Part shown: piece by piece, positions 21,906-36,500 of the stretch
Position numbering within the stretch: position 1 is the stretch's first letter
Layout: every line of letters starts with the position of its first letter
Assembly (NCBI GenBank): GCA_964057225.1
Contig: OZ059899.1
Span: forward strand, 13,826,001-13,890,000
DNA length: 64,000 nucleotides
Direction of reading: 5' to 3'
Source of the DNA: Auanema rhodensis
Taxonomy: Eukaryota; Animalia; Nematoda
Program-made: the position numbers and the translations under genes
The notes under the pieces: generated by a model
Told to the model about the DNA's origin: nothing
What the model saw: only the letters and a program-made list of their open reading frames with translations
The model's database searches: none

Positions 21906-23974
21906 ATGAGGGAGGACGAAGAGGAAAGGCCATGCGTTCCCGATCAAACCCCCGAACATCTTAAACTGCCTCCATATGATGTAAGTTGAAATTTTAGGAT
22001 TTAATTTTTACATAATTATAGAGTGACAATGACTGCATCAATGATTATGACAATACTTCTGAAATTGATAGGATGGTTCATGTTGTAAATCTAATTCTAC
22101 ATGAGAATAATAACCGTCCCAGGTTCGAAAACTCAACTTCAGTTTTCTCAAAAACGGCTTAAGATATCTTCATAATTTTTTTTGATTTAGTTTCAGAAAT
22201 AAAAAAGCTTCAAAAAGAGGTGTATATGGTTTAGTTGGGGATGATCAAGATTTAGGAATTTGGTTAGTTAGTTTTTAACCGTTTTACAGGCAAATACAAC
22301 TCAATCATTCATACCTTCTATTTTCAGGGGCCCTTATTTGGAAGACATATATAGAAATAGTCATCTTCATCCTGCCTTAATTCCGGTACAAAATAAATTA
22401 AAATTTATAACAAAAATAAAAACTTTAATTTTTAGGATGCACGGCCTAAGCTTGCTTCAGACGAAGGATATACTTCATCAATCTTGCCAAAATGGGATGT
22501 TCTGAAACCTATAGATATGGAGGTAGAGGACAATGAGGAAGAAAAACCTGAAATAGAAGCAGAAGGATTACCCGAAGGAGGAGTTGAAGAAGGAGCTGAA
22601 ATAAAACTAGACGATGAAGAAGAGCCTGAAGTGGATGCATTAGTAGAAGCAGAGGCAGAAACTGAAAATGAAACTGAAACAGAAACAGAAACGGAAATAA
22701 AGAGAGATGTATGCGTGGTAAAGGTAAAAATTAAAAAAAAAAATAATTTTAATATGATCAGTTTCCAGTCTCATTTTGAAATCGATTACTCAACTCAATT
22801 GCCCTCAACATCAACATCGCCCTCAACTTCCCAAGGAAGTGAGGTTGATTCTGGCTATTCTCGATTATCAACTGTTTTAAGGTTTATTTTAAAAAATAAA
22901 TATATAAATTTCATTTCATTTTTAGATTTGGTAGTATTGATGGTCGAATCAATAAACGTGGTTGGATTAGTTTACCTAGTTTCAAAAGTTATAAACGCAA
23001 AAAGTATACCACAATTAATATAATTAACTTCTTATAATATTATTTAAGTAAAAAGGGTGATGGAACAGGTGAACACGAATCTTCAACTTCTCATTCAAAT
23101 GCTCCATTGTTCGATGATGTTAGTTTAATGTTTTGATTCTTTGTTGTAATTGTTTCCATGTTTCAGAACTATTATTATCGAAAATCTTCATTAAGAAGCA
23201 CTTATAAAGCATTGATGATAATTGATGATCCTGATCAGTATGTGGATAACTAATTTATAATGAATTTATATTGTTTTTAGTATACCTCTTGCACCTAAGC
23301 GAACACCTCCTCCTAGGTGTGATCCTGTTATAGTTCAAGATTCTAACCAAAACGAACCGGAAATGGAAATGGTGGTTGATGAGCAACCCTCAACTAATGA
23401 TGTTGCTCTTGCTGGCATAAAAAAGTATATTTTTCATATATTTTAAATATTTAACAAATGTGTCCTTCTTCAGTGATCATTCTTACCGACAGTATAGAAC
23501 AGATCACGAGTACGAGGATGAAGAAGTAGCTGAAGGAGATGAGGTTGAACCATATGAACCTACTGAAGATGGAGACGATACCGGGAAGGAAGACGATGAG
23601 GACGGGGACGATAGAGAGAGGGAGAATTATGATGGACGGTCTCGGTCGTATGAAGACGAAGAAGATGAAGACGAGAATAAAGATTATCGAGCTCGTGCAA
23701 GAAATCGTTTGGCGTATAGAAGGTCTTTAACTATTTTTATTTTTTTCAACTTCCCATATTTTAGTGAATCATCAGGGTCTTCCTGTAGTTCTGACTATCC
23801 TATAGAAGGCCGACCATATAATTATCAACGAAAGAATAGAGAAGATGAAGAATCGTCATCTTCAAGCCAGGGAAATCAATATGGTGATGAAGTTGATGAA
23901 GAAAGTGAACAGAGTTTTGCCGAACTCGATCTTTCTTCCGGTGATGGTTCTGCTACAACCGAAATGCGGCAAGG

Positions 23975-24007
<33 letters not shown>

Positions 24008-25546
24008 TGAAGAAGATGAAGAAGAGTAAGCGATTTTTATTCAAAAATTGTTTATGTTTATAATTTGTTTTAGAGAAACTGATAAGTCACATCCTTCCGG
24101 CAGTCAGTGTTATTTCTCAGAGCAATCGACAAGCGCTGGGTGAGTTATGATTTTCAAGTTCACAACTAAACTTTTTTTAGGACCTATGCTGATAGTTTTT
24201 CACGCAAAATTCAACAGGAAAACGAGGATGAGGTACTGATTTTTTTAAAAATAATTTATTGATATTACATTCTCAGGACATGAGAGCTGCCGAAAGTTTA
24301 GAATATGATATGAATGAAGAAGCTGATGTAAGAAGCTTTCGCCTCAGTTTTTTTGCTAAAATTTAATTCTTTCAGGGACCAGCTGAGGAGGATACTTATG
24401 AGCAATCTAAACCTAATTGGCGTAATACTAAACCTTCTAACAGTAGAGAAAACGTTAGTGTAACTCACACTTTCGATGATTTCCGGAGTTCAAATTCTCA
24501 GGTTCTAAACTCGTCTCACAATTTTATTTTATGCTATATCTAATTAAGAATGAGAGATTTGAGGAACGCGAAAATGTAGCAGAGGATGATGATGAGATTG
24601 TTATTGAAGAATTTGATCCGGGGCTCGTAATTGAGACAACGACTGATAATGATGAATTTAACCCATTTGAAGTTTAAATTTTATTTCAACTATTTGTAAT
24701 TCAAGAATTTTCAGGCAGCCGAAGCATCTTCATGTTCAGATCCTCGCAATTTTAGTATTTGCGAAGAAGAATGGTTAGACTCTCGGGACTCTGATGGTAT
24801 GTTATATTTCCTAGTTTTTCAATTTTCACCAACCCTGTTCCAGGCTCAGAACCAAGCAGAATGAATGGCATTTATCGTGAACCTGCTTCCGAAAATAATC
24901 AGGTAATATCCTTCTATCCTTTTGTGTCATTGATATTTCCTATCTAGGATGAAGATGATAGTATGTACGAACTTAGAGTATATCACGATGATGTCCGGTT
25001 AGAGCGTGTTAGGTTGGATCTGACCTTTGATGAATGATTTAACGATTAAAATCTCATTGCAGTAGAAAAAACGGTCAATCGTCCGATGATGAAGACGAAG
25101 AAACCGATGAAAGAGAAGAGCAGCCCCCTGGCCATATTAACCGATCTCTTGTTGTTAATGATGACGACGAGGAAATAGATGTAGTTTCAATTGATAATAA
25201 TGTTTCCGGACATGTTTCCCCCGAATCTCCCGTCTCCCAAAGTTCTTGTGCTGCTACAGGTGGAAATCAGTTTTTCGATTTTTGCATAACTTGATTCAAC
25301 GATTTTTAGACGAGCTATATTTCGAAGAAGGTCAAGAACCAATAGAGAATTTTGTCAGCGAAGAAGTCGAATATATTGAAGATAGTACTTTGTCTGATAA
25401 AAGCAAAATGGATGATAACTCTGGTATGGAGCATAATGGCAACGAGTAAGCAATCAGATTAAACTTTATCTCCACATATTAATGTTATCAGATTACCGGG
25501 TACATCTGGCAGATGGACTGGGGAGAATGGGAAGATAAGAGGCTAA
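21906..25546 (+). CDS. Large acidic low-complexity (Glu/Asp/Ser-rich) protein of unknown function, about 20 exons
   Basis: TTTCAG acceptor ~18 nt before ATG; regular exons separated by ~45-nt GT-AG introns; poly-Glu (23976-24026) and ETETE runs; no domain recognised; internal boundaries approximate. Confidence 0.7.
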
Positions 25547-26441
25547 TAACATATCCTTTTCTGAACATTTTTAATCTGCGTTATACTGTGAATAATGCTT
25601 GAAGAATGATTATTGGGTGCGATGGAAGCTATAATTAATTCAGATAAAGTAAACGGTCAAAACGATTGTAGATGGATAGCGTTAACCGTTTTAAATAGTC
25701 TTACATGTCTCAATTCATTTCCCCCGTTAACGTGATATTACCGTCTTAGTCCAGTCTAATTTCAATTTGATTGTTTTGCTTCGATCTCTTATTCGAAATC
25801 GGGTACTTGCAATGTCTTTTGTTTTCAGTTTTATTTTTCAACTATTCTGGTGTTTGAAAGCTATTATCATTTTATTGTTGAATTATTTATAATGGTGCAG
25901 CTTAAGTTTAAAAAACTGTTCGAAAACAGTAACTTCCCTGTGTAACTATATCATTTTTAGCCTTAATGTCATAAATAATAAATGTTAATTCCTGAGTTCA
26001 AGCCGGTATTGAAGCTTGATATAAATGTTCTATTAAAATTTGGAACTTGCTTGTGTTGTACTTGATTATTCCGGCCACATGGAAATGCAAATGAAATATT
26101 ACGTGGCACGTTTTGCGTGAGCGCATTTTATTTTTATTTCATGTTCACTCGGTTGTATTCAGATTCATCAGATTTATTTCTTCTAATTTGAATATTTTCC
26201 AGAATTTCAAAACAATTCAAGGCAAATATGCCTAAAGGAAAGTACATAGAAGACACGTGGGTGGGCATAATAAATAGTTTAAAAAGAAACTTTCTCGAAG
26301 TTAAAGCACAATATCTTCAATAAGAGCAGAGAAGTAAAAAGTATCTACATGAAATCACAGTAAGAATTTTTTTAGAAAGCCGGTGACTTTTGTTGGATTA
26401 CAAGAAGTCAAGAATTTCTAATTGGTTTGATGTTTGCATTG

Positions 26442-29400
26442 TTAGCGGCTTAAAGCTCTTAATGATTCCAATAGATTTTTAACAATGCCCGAAAGTCTTG
26501 TAGCTAAGCTGAGCTGATTTGTTTGGGGTGCCTGTAATTTTATTTATTACACAAAATACTGTGAATATCTTACATCTTGAACAGCTGCTTGTAATTCGGT
26601 CAGAATATTAGCTGGAACCGGACCAACAGCAACATTGCCATTAAGAACAGTACTTGGTACTGCTGACATTTGATCTTTTGCTATATGAAGTTGTGTCAAA
26701 TCTGAGAAAATAGTTTCAGTATATGTTTCGAAAATGCTGTACCATTGCTGGCTGAGTTAGCATTTCCCACGTTTCCTAAACTGAAATGCTGGAAATTCTT
26801 ATCTGTTTCTAGCTTATTATTCGCAGGATATGGGGTTGTCGTTCTATATATAAATGGAGTGGTGCTTCCGGTTTGTAATCTGGTAGTTGGAGGTGTAGGA
26901 GGATTGGTTGGAGCATACGTCGATCGAGTAGCTACAGATTGAGCTGGGCCCAAGATTAAATTAGTTACGGGCTGCTTCGTTTCTGTAACCGCTTTTAATA
27001 TTTCCCATCCGGATTATTATATAAGTGTTGCATCACGCAATTAGTTGAGATTATGTGTTAGAATAGTCATAGATCAAACCATTATTGACATTTCCAAGAC
27101 TGAAATGCTGGAAACTTCCAGGGGCCATTGTTGTTTGAGATATAGGTGGGTAATGAGTAGATGTCATATAGGTAAAGCCAGCATTAGGTTTCTGATTAAC
27201 TGTCTTGTCTAAAAGAGATTACACTATGTGCTCACAAATGGTTACTCAAATAAAAGGTTGTAAAAGGAATAATTAAATGTGCATAATGAAAGTGATATAA
27301 ATGAGACAATTGGTAACCTTTCGTTTCTTGATTTCCCATACTGAAATGAACCATTGTTGTTGTTTCCATGGCAGGGGTTGGCGGGTAATGCGAAGACGTT
27401 TCATATTTGAAACCAGCAGGATCTCTCTGAAAACGAAACCTCAAATTCGATTTACATAACTGGCAGTATTTAACAGATTCTTTGGTCAGAAAGCGAAATT
27501 TTGAGAGCAAACGTAAATGAATCTAATTAAGCTGATCTTTGGTTATCGACAGATTCGAAATTTTTCTGAATTATCATGGGTTTTAGACATTTTTCTATTT
27601 GAACAAAGAACTCCAGATTCATAGAAGTTACATTTTCCGATGTTTTCATAGATTGGGGGATAATAGGAAGATTCTCTACCTGAACAGAAGAAATATTGGT
27701 TTGTCGTGCTGGGGTTTCAGTTTGAGTCATAGGGTAATGTGTTGAAGTACTATATGGGTACATAGTACCATTGTTGTTGGAAGTTGGTGGAGCAAATATG
27801 ATTTTTATAGCCTGAAAGCACAAATTATCTTTTGACCAGATAGAGGAATTTATCAAAAATTACCAGAGGAGGTGTTGTAGGTGGATAGTGTGTTGAAGTA
27901 GAGTACATGTAAGCTCCTACATTAGGCTGTTGTTGAGTAGATGGTTGATCATACTGGAAGGAAGCTGTAACCGGCCCTATAAGTTTCAGTTGTTTGTAGT
28001 GTTTCAAAGTAATTTCAATATACTATTGAATTGTGATAGTAGAAGATCTGCCGCCAAATTTCCGGAGATTACAGCACCATTCATCAATCCCATGGACTTA
28101 TTTGAGTATTCGGCAGAAGCAAAATGAACAGCCTGAAATCAAGAATGTTTTTTTTGAATCCGAAAGATGAAAACGGTTTTGTTTACTTTGCTTTCTGAGT
28201 GAACTCCGTTGAGGAACTGTAAAATGGACAAATCTCTCATAGGACCGAAAGCTCCGATCGAACCAAGTGCAGTGGGATCAGATGAAAAACGGACATCTCT
28301 GAAACAAATAATTTTCTAGTTACGATCTAATGATGTTATCTTACTTCACATCAAGTGGGCTGCTGCCTCCTCCCATAGCTTTGGCAATAACATCAATATA
28401 CAACTGATATCGTTGTCGTTCATCTTGTGGAGCATCAATGATGTGAGCAATACCCCAAAGGATGCCTGTCTTTTCCCGAGTTGAAACTTAAACGAAATAC
28501 AGTTTTGAAATGATTTTTTTTCTAAAACGAAATACCACATTCGCTGTCAGGAGTTACATCAAAGGTTGTCAACCAAGCAATTTTTTCTTTTGATGATGTA
28601 TAGATGACTTGTCCATTCCGATTTTGTGCTCTCCAGAAAGGAGTTGGGAATGTCATAGTAAAGTAGAAAGCATCACCTTTAGGACTGTATTTCTCTGTAA
28701 CAAGACGGGATAAGTTTATATTTTTACTATTGGCAGAGTAATACCGAGGAACGAGGAAAAAGATGAAGACAGGGTAGGTACTACTGTGATGTGGCCAGCC
28801 ACAGTTGGAGGTACTGTTACAAGAACTTGTTGAGCACGGAAACTGCCTGATGTAGTAGTGAGAACAGCAGGAGAAGCAGCTTAAATACATAAATTCAATG
28901 TGTTTAAGAATATTTGAATGATTTATAAAGAATGGTATAATGAAGATTACCGTGATTAATCGTCGTAACTTGTTGATTATACTCGATATGAATTCCATCG
29001 GCCATAGATCTATATGAAGTTTTTGAATATGTCTGCTAGTAAAGTCGAATGAATACCTTACTACGTTGTACATGCTACCAACTGCTAAATAAGAACTTCC
29101 ATGACCGAAATCCATCAAAAGATCGGATACTGATGACTGATCACTACCTGCTGTGAGTGATATGGTGAGAGGAGAAATCAAATTTTCAGGAGCATCATAC
29201 AACGTCTGCAACATACAACACTTGATTCATAACTTGTTCTACATTCTGGATTTAATGAGTACTACTTCTTCTTCTTCTTTTCTCATCGATGGTGTCACCA
29301 AAAATAAAAAATAGCGATACTTTCAGTAAATTTTTAAGGACAAAATAGGAAATGATAATGAAATTTGTCCCTATTTTAAGAGCTTTCATATGTATTATTC

Positions 29401-30510
29401 ATCATTTTCAGACATTTAGCATCATTTTTGAGTAATTTGACCTTTTAACACGCTGTATGCTATCAACAAGTTGTTTCATTCATATGATCAAAGATAAAAA
29501 AATAGTTGAAAAAATGTTTCATGAGGTAAAAAACTAGTTGAGATGATTGTACTAGTAAGCAGCAACATAGATGCTAGAACTGATTTTAGACATATTTCCT
29601 CGTTTTACTACTTGTAAGGATTATTAGTAAAAGCAAATAGAATTTCTCTTTTTGAATTTCAAGTGTATTTTTTGAAATTTGAGCTATGATTCAATCTACT
29701 CTAAGTCTATTTACATACGTTTCTGGCTCGTACTTTGAGATGACCTCTACGCTATTATTACGAGTAACGTTAATGAAATATTCGAATTTGCTTTGCAACG
29801 TTTGAAATAAGGATCTGCATTAATACCTGAAGCAAGCGATTCATGGATGCAGCTTCCCGATGACTCATTCCACTTGTAACTGTGAAATCTCCCACTGTCA
29901 TGTTTCCTAAACGCTCCGCATCTGGAGATTGCAAAACTTGACTAAAAGATGCTCCTGATGGAATGGATGATGTCCATGTTTGACGTTTTCTACAATAAAA
30001 ACTTTGTTTCAGATCAAATAGTTGCGCAAAACCTGCGGCGTATTCCTTCTACGAGAACGGTGTTCTGCCCGCACATGGCTTGCTTACACAACTGAATATT
30101 GTATTTCTTTGTCAACGATATGAGTTCTTCATGCTTAGGCGAGATGAATTGAGAACCTGAAATAAAAATTTTTACGTTTTGGAACCAAATATCCTGATAG
30201 ACCTAAGTCAAGCCATTCATCGCCTACATTAGTAGTAACGGTTCGTGCCCTAATTCTTCCACCAACCTAAGTATATCATAATTCACATATTACTATAAAG
30301 AAACAAAAAATGTTTCTATGCCAATTATACCTGTCCTCTTGCTTCTAAAATCAGTACTGAAGCACTTGGTTTTTCCTCAAGAATCTTTCTGGCAGCTGTT
30401 AATCCGGTTAAACCACCTCCCACAATCACAACATCATACACCTAAACGAGATATTGACAAAATAAAGAAATTCATAAATTATTTTCATTTACTAAAGACG
30501 TTTTCGGCAT
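26442..30510 (-). CDS. amx-2: Flavin-containing amine oxidase (MAO family) with Thr/Pro-rich repetitive C-terminal extension; 5' end uncertain
   Basis: FAD-binding YDVVIVGGGLTGLTAARKIL...VLILEARGQVGGRI, WLDLGSQFISP; FGHGSSYLA; C-terminal VHFASAEYSNKSMGLMNGAVISG; TSSHYPP motif and terminal helix LSLATRLSGIVKNLL resemble my recollection of C. elegans AMX-2. Start at 30510 (MPKTSL|VYDVV) is tentative. Confidence 0.85.
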
Positions 30511-31120
30511 TTTTTTTTGAAAAATCAATAAATATTTGAATTCATTTATTTATTCTACTGAGCAATTAATTTTCCAATAATGTAGCATCTGACACGGTTG
30601 TATTTCTTAAAAGTAAGCTATTTCTTCAGTTTTTTCTGTATTCTCTCTAGCTAAACTTCAATTTTTTCATGATTATCAAGAGGGTTGCGTTATTTATTAA
30701 TTTTTTTTTGTTGCAAAGTTCTTTCTCGAGAAATGCGTATGTTCTATATTGTTTGCACTGAACTTGACTAGAAAGTGTTGGGTGGTTCAAATATTAAAAA
30801 GAATAAGATAAAGACAAGAAATGACAAAGTGCTTTATAATATTATTTTTAGCTTGAAAATTGATTAAGTAAGATTATTGAAGGATGGACCTGCATGCTGA
30901 GTGCTTCATAACTTCTTAAGCTATGTTTCATTTAGCAACGCCATCTCTATCGCATCTTTTGAATTATTCCCCCTCTCCTATCCCTCAAAAATTCGCTTAA
31001 TTGAAAACAATTTTTTGATTATTTGTGAACCGTGCTGCTCATAGATTATCTTTACCTTATACATTTCTTTGAATTTCGTTGTTTGATCAAAAATGTCTTG
31101 AAGATCAAAATGAAACTAGT

Positions 31121-31426
31121 TTACGGAAAATCTTGCAAGCTATTTGTGAAGTAATGGAGATGTTCGTGAAATTTTTTTAAAAAGAATTGTTTCACACGTT
31201 TTTGTACTTCCTGACTACAAACAAGCAGAGGCGAAAATGAAGACAGACTAGAGGGCATGTTAGATGAAGCTTCTGCTTGCTTCTGAATCATTGAATTGTT
31301 TGCCTTTGGCAAGTTTTTCCAATCTTCAAAAGAAACCGTCAAGGAGTTTGATGACACAACAACAGTTAGATGGAAGAAAATGAAAATGAAAAACGATTTT
31401 CGTCCTTTTGTCTGTGTCTTTGCCAT
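31121..31426 (-). CDS. Possible signal-peptide-bearing upstream exon (of amx-2 or a separate gene)
   Basis: ORF begins basic then hydrophobic (KGRKSFFIFIFFHLTVVVSS) and ends at a GTAAAC donor-like site, but I could not join it in phase to the amx-2 exon at 30441. Confidence 0.25.
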   Translation of the reverse strand: MAKTQTKGRKSFFIFIFFHLTVVVSSNSLTVSFEDWKNLPKANNSMIQKQAEASSNMPSSLSSFSPLLVCSQEVQKRVKQFFLKKFHEHLHYFTNSLQDFP

Positions 31427-34400
31427 TATAATTCCTATTCAGTAAGAGTTCGGAACTCATGTCTCCTTCTCTCTATACTCGTCTGAAACATACCGGCGGT
31501 TCAAAATCAAAAAAAAACAAAAAAAGGGTTTTCCAAACAGGCAGAACGAAATAGACTAAGAGGAATAGAGATGAAGGTAGAGAAAGAGAGAGAGAGAGGG
31601 GAGAGATGTTGCTTGCAATGCGCTCATCTTCACCTTTCCTTGTCTACTCTCCTCACTGGTGAATCTTGAAAAAAGTCAGCACTACAAGGCCGGTTGTTGC
31701 TAGTTTTTTGAGATCATAGTAGCCGAGCTTTTTTCTTGCATCAGATGCCTCGGAAGCAGCATTTCAATGAAAAGGATGTATAGCGAATGAAAAGCACATT
31801 ATTCTAAAAGTACACATATGTTTCACTTTTCCGGATACCGGAAACTTCCGCGCACAGCTGTGTGAACATCTACTGCTAAAGTTCATTTCTCTTCAAATAT
31901 GTTTTGATGTTGATTAGGTCAATAACTTTGAAATTATGAGACAAATTGTTATTCGAAACTTCCCCAACCACCCTTCTAAGCTGCTCTCCGATCCCCGCTA
32001 TCGTCAGCAGTCAGCTTGAACCGGAAGACCAATAAGACGATCAATCTTTTTTCCAAAAATAAGCATGCGTATGATTATAATCTGATGTCTTGAATGATTT
32101 ACACCAGTCAACAAACGATAACAAAAGTTCTTTTGAATATATTGAGATGAAAGCTGGTAGTACTAGGTATTGTGTAAAAGATAAAACTTTGAAAAAACAG
32201 CTAGGAATACCATTGGTTTTGAATAAACAAATGGTTAAGCTTGATCTATTTTTGAACTTTTAAAAGATTAACAGTCTCGACTTCTATTTACAGCACAACG
32301 ATGTACGGTTTCTTTGATACTATAGGTAGTAATCTAACAAGTTTTCCGAAAAAAGATTCCAAAGCAAAAAAAATGAAATAGTTATGTCAATAGTAGAGTA
32401 TTCAACTCGTCGTTTCAACAGTTTAGATATATGTATATGTACAAATACTTACAAACTTATACTATACAAACCATGCTCTAACATTAAGTTTTAGGTTTAA
32501 AATTATATTTTCGTCTTCGATACAGTTATAGAATCTCAAGAAATACCTTTTGTTGACTAAATTCTTCTTCATTAGTTATGTTGAATGAATTCTGTGCTTG
32601 AACGACAATAGTCAACAATGCCAATAGCCATAACCGCATATTGCTGAAACATGCTTAACATGATAACGGAACATGTGCAATGATTTAGATTGATGAGACG
32701 AAAAATGGAAAAAAAAACTTAAACAACATGCTTTCAACGGATCATAATTATTTTGAAAATGAAGAATCTAAAAACAAAACAAAAAGGTTTTGTATAGCAA
32801 ATTCGAATAACGAGAGCATTAGAGATTGAGAGAGAGAGGGAGAGGGAGAGAGAAAGAGAGAGAGAAAGATAGTAGCGGATGAAGGTGTGGACAGGGGGTA
32901 CCTCGTAATAACGGATTTGAGCATTGTCTCTCCAGATTTTGCTTCATAGAGTGAAATACGTATCGGATTTAAAGCAAACATAAGAAAAGACAACGTCAAT
33001 TTTTTATAAATATAGAATAAGCTTTTATGATACTTGAACGAACCTCAAAGATATTATATTAGTACGAAGAATTGTATCAGAACATGAAAAACTTTAAAGC
33101 TTGATGATCTCTCGTAAGGGAAAAAAGAGGTGTCTCCGATATTTTCCGGATAAAAGAAATTGAAATTGAAACGCATGTTACGATTCAAATGCATATCCAG
33201 ATAAGCCGGTTTTATGAGATATAGGTTTTTTGATCGAAATTGGAAAAAAACAGAAGAAAAAACTGAGGAAATTAATTGAATATCCATTTGGGAGGTTGGT
33301 TGAAGATCAAGAACTTAATCGAGTTCATGATATAAGCATTGAAGATGTAACAGCACAGCAATAGACAAGTTCTACATGTAGACTAAGAGGTTAGAGAATA
33401 GTTCAGAAGTAAGAGAATGCAAATTTATTGAAAAAAAATAATTTTAGTTGTTCATAAGCATCTTTGAAGCTATTATCAAGCATAGTTCACAAGACGGTTT
33501 TCTTGATTCGGTTCCGGTTTAGAAAGAGAAACGATTCTGACGATATTACATGGAGGGAAGTGGAGAAATTAAGAGTGAAGAACAGAAGAAATAACAATGC
33601 GCACAGAGAGAATAGGAAGAAAAGCGTTGAGCATTGAGAAGACAGATAGAAAATGACCGATTAGGTAGCCAATTTGCAAACATTGCCGGCGGGATAAGCC
33701 AATATTTGTGCGTAGAAGCTATCCAAAGGCTTCAGCATTTTTTCATGTAATGCAAGTCATAACGTCATCTGCCAAAACGGATTACAAAACATATCATGAT
33801 GCATCTTCAATCACTTTAGTAGATGTATAACAGTCTATGAGAGAAATGAAAGAGTATTTCAGGTTACACAAACGGCTGCTAAGCTTCTTGTGCTGTTGCG
33901 CATGTCTGAGAGAGAGAGAGAGAGATGAGGTAAATGCGAAAGCAACTGTAGGTGATATGATGATGACTGCTGTGGATAGCCAGCTCACCATACCTCAGTT
34001 ATGTCGAATTCAACAATGAGTGTCAGAATCACAATTTGAGGAAGAGTTAGAGAAGGACAAGAAGCTGAATAGAATGCGAACGAGTCTCCGCCTACTGAAT
34101 TTGAGTGAAAAGTTTGTATTGCAAAAGCCACACAAAGAGTTCAGGTGGGCATTTACTATACGTCTATGCTCCGCCTATTGCTTTTTTCTCACTAAACAAC
34201 GTATATCTAAATCAAATATAGTAAATACATGGATTATTATAACAGTGTTGAATTGTCAAAATTTGATTTGAGTGGGCTTCGTTTATAAGAAATCTTACGA
34301 TTCTTAAGGTTTGTTTGTAAAACAACATCAGCGAGTCAATTGTTGCGGAAACTGATGTTATCTCTCGAAAAAATTAAAGTTTTTGAGACAAAAAACTTCA

Positions 34401-36414
34401 AAACTGAAATTATTTCATCTTTGAACTGCTTAACAAATTTTTTGGTCAAAATGGTAAATGCTAAGCTAAGAAGAACCTATTGTTGATATACCATGCTGCT
34501 GCTTCATATCACTTGTCATCGTCTTACTTGCTAACTATGAGTAATATTTCAAATATTTTAATGATTTTACGCATTTCAATCAACAAAATTTAAAATTTTC
34601 TCAGAATTCCTGCGTCATTCTAGTGGTTTTTGCTGAAAAAATGAAAATTTTAAATGGATGATCAACCGTTTAACCTGTCTGTTCAATCACAAATGAAATA
34701 TAGAATTTAAATATTTGAAATTCTATTTCATAGTTCAAAACTATTTTTGACTGTAATGAATTCTATATCTGTAAGTTATTAGAAGAATAAAAGTAAAAAG
34801 AAGAAGAATGAAGAAGAAGAAAGGAAAAAGAGATTTTAACGGTAAAATCTGTAATTTGGCAATTTCCGTATAATACATATTGTTTGAGAGAGAGGAGAGG
34901 AGAGGAGGTGGAAGGGGGGGGGGAAACTTCCGATTTTCAACATATGAATAAGAAGATTGATTTTTGAAACTTGGTGATGTAAATGTAAAAATAAAGAAGA
35001 AAAATATGAAAATTATTAAAAGAAAAAGAAAAAAAATTCATATGAACCCGTTGTTACGCTGAAAAGAAATAAAAAGAAAAATTCGTATGTTGTTTCTATG
35101 AAACTGTTTTATTATTTTAATAATTCTTTAGATATACATATATTTTATTTATTTCTTTATAAGTTTTCTAAAATATTAATTATAAAACGATAATAAACAA
35201 GGAAATATGTTATAGTTAACAATGAAATGTGCCTGAAGTCATGTCCTCTGTGCTATAGGATTGCTGAAACTGATGATGTTCATCATAATCTAATGATTTG
35301 AGGGGCGAAAACTTCTTCTTTTTTGGCTGTTCTTGAAGAATCTAAGAAGGGGTGTGGTGGTTGAAAATGAGTAAAGATATAGTTCTCCCTCATATTACCT
35401 TAAACAATTCAAATTTATGATATAACATTAATTCGTTGAAGAAGATGAAGTTGGGGGTCGAATGTATGGAATGTCATGACATCACTACTTTCTCATGCTT
35501 CTTATCACATTACTTAGTCAGGTAATTTCTATTTTCATATATTTTAAAATTAAAAAAAAACCTTTTTTCAGAAGAAATGGGTCTAAGTTTCATATTTATA
35601 TTCAAATTTATATGATGTACTTTAATTTAATTGGATATTTAGACAAATTTAACAACATTCTCTTTCATTTTTCATAAATGAATCATCAAATGTACCCTCT
35701 CTACTTCTTCTTCTTTTTCTCTTTCTTCTTCAAACCCCTGAGAATAACCTGTTTGAATTGAGTTTGAATGGCTGTAAGATTGCAAACGACAGACGAGACA
35801 GAGATAGAAGTTTCACGTACATTCACGTGGTAACGATGCTTGATCGAATGAATTTTCAATTTTTCATCAGATGATGTGAAGTGAGTTGAAGTCTCATAAG
35901 CTTGAAACCTGAACTCATCTACTATGTATAGTAGAAGACAAAAAGAAATATGGATGAATGGAGAGGTGGGGGGTCAGCAGAAGAGTACAAGCAGGCACAT
36001 ACTTCAGGCTACTTCTCTGCTTCATCCTTCATTACTGGCAGAAATGAAGCAATATGATTAGAGATCAATTTATGCAGCTTGTATGTCCTTGCTGTAACGT
36101 TTTCTGATTTTTTTTTTGCTTTCGCAACCAAATTCTCTTTATATATTTTCTTTTATTGAAAGAATTTCAATGAATTGAAGACCATCATCATCATCATCAT
36201 CATCATTACATGTTCATTAGATCATCTCTCTATGTATAGATAATTACAATCAGAATATATAATGACTAACGATAAGGATGAGTAATCAGATGAGAGACAA
36301 TCCGGCTTTATAACATACACACATACATCTCTAGCTTAATGGCCTTGATTCACCTCTTTTGCAAGTATATACATGTATATATCTGACGTCATTAAGGTAC
36401 TTTTGCGTTTAAAA

Positions 36415-36500
36415 GTCAGTTTGGACAGTCAATCAGTTAGTCAGGCCATCAGTCCGCTAGTCCGTTCTGCCAGTTCAATCAGTTTAGTCAGATGATCAGT
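36415..36500. repeat. Degenerate CAGT-based tandem repeat
   Basis: GTCAGT/CAGTC/TCAGTT/TAGTC units recur roughly ten times within 85 bp. Confidence 0.5.

Noticed and set aside
27537-27560. TCTTTGGTTATC resembling miR-9
   Set aside because: Only 12 nt match, antisense to an amx-2 exon, no precursor hairpin.
31690-31740. TGAGATCA bantam/miR-81 seed in a small hairpin
   Set aside because: Stem too short and the seed would be in the loop.
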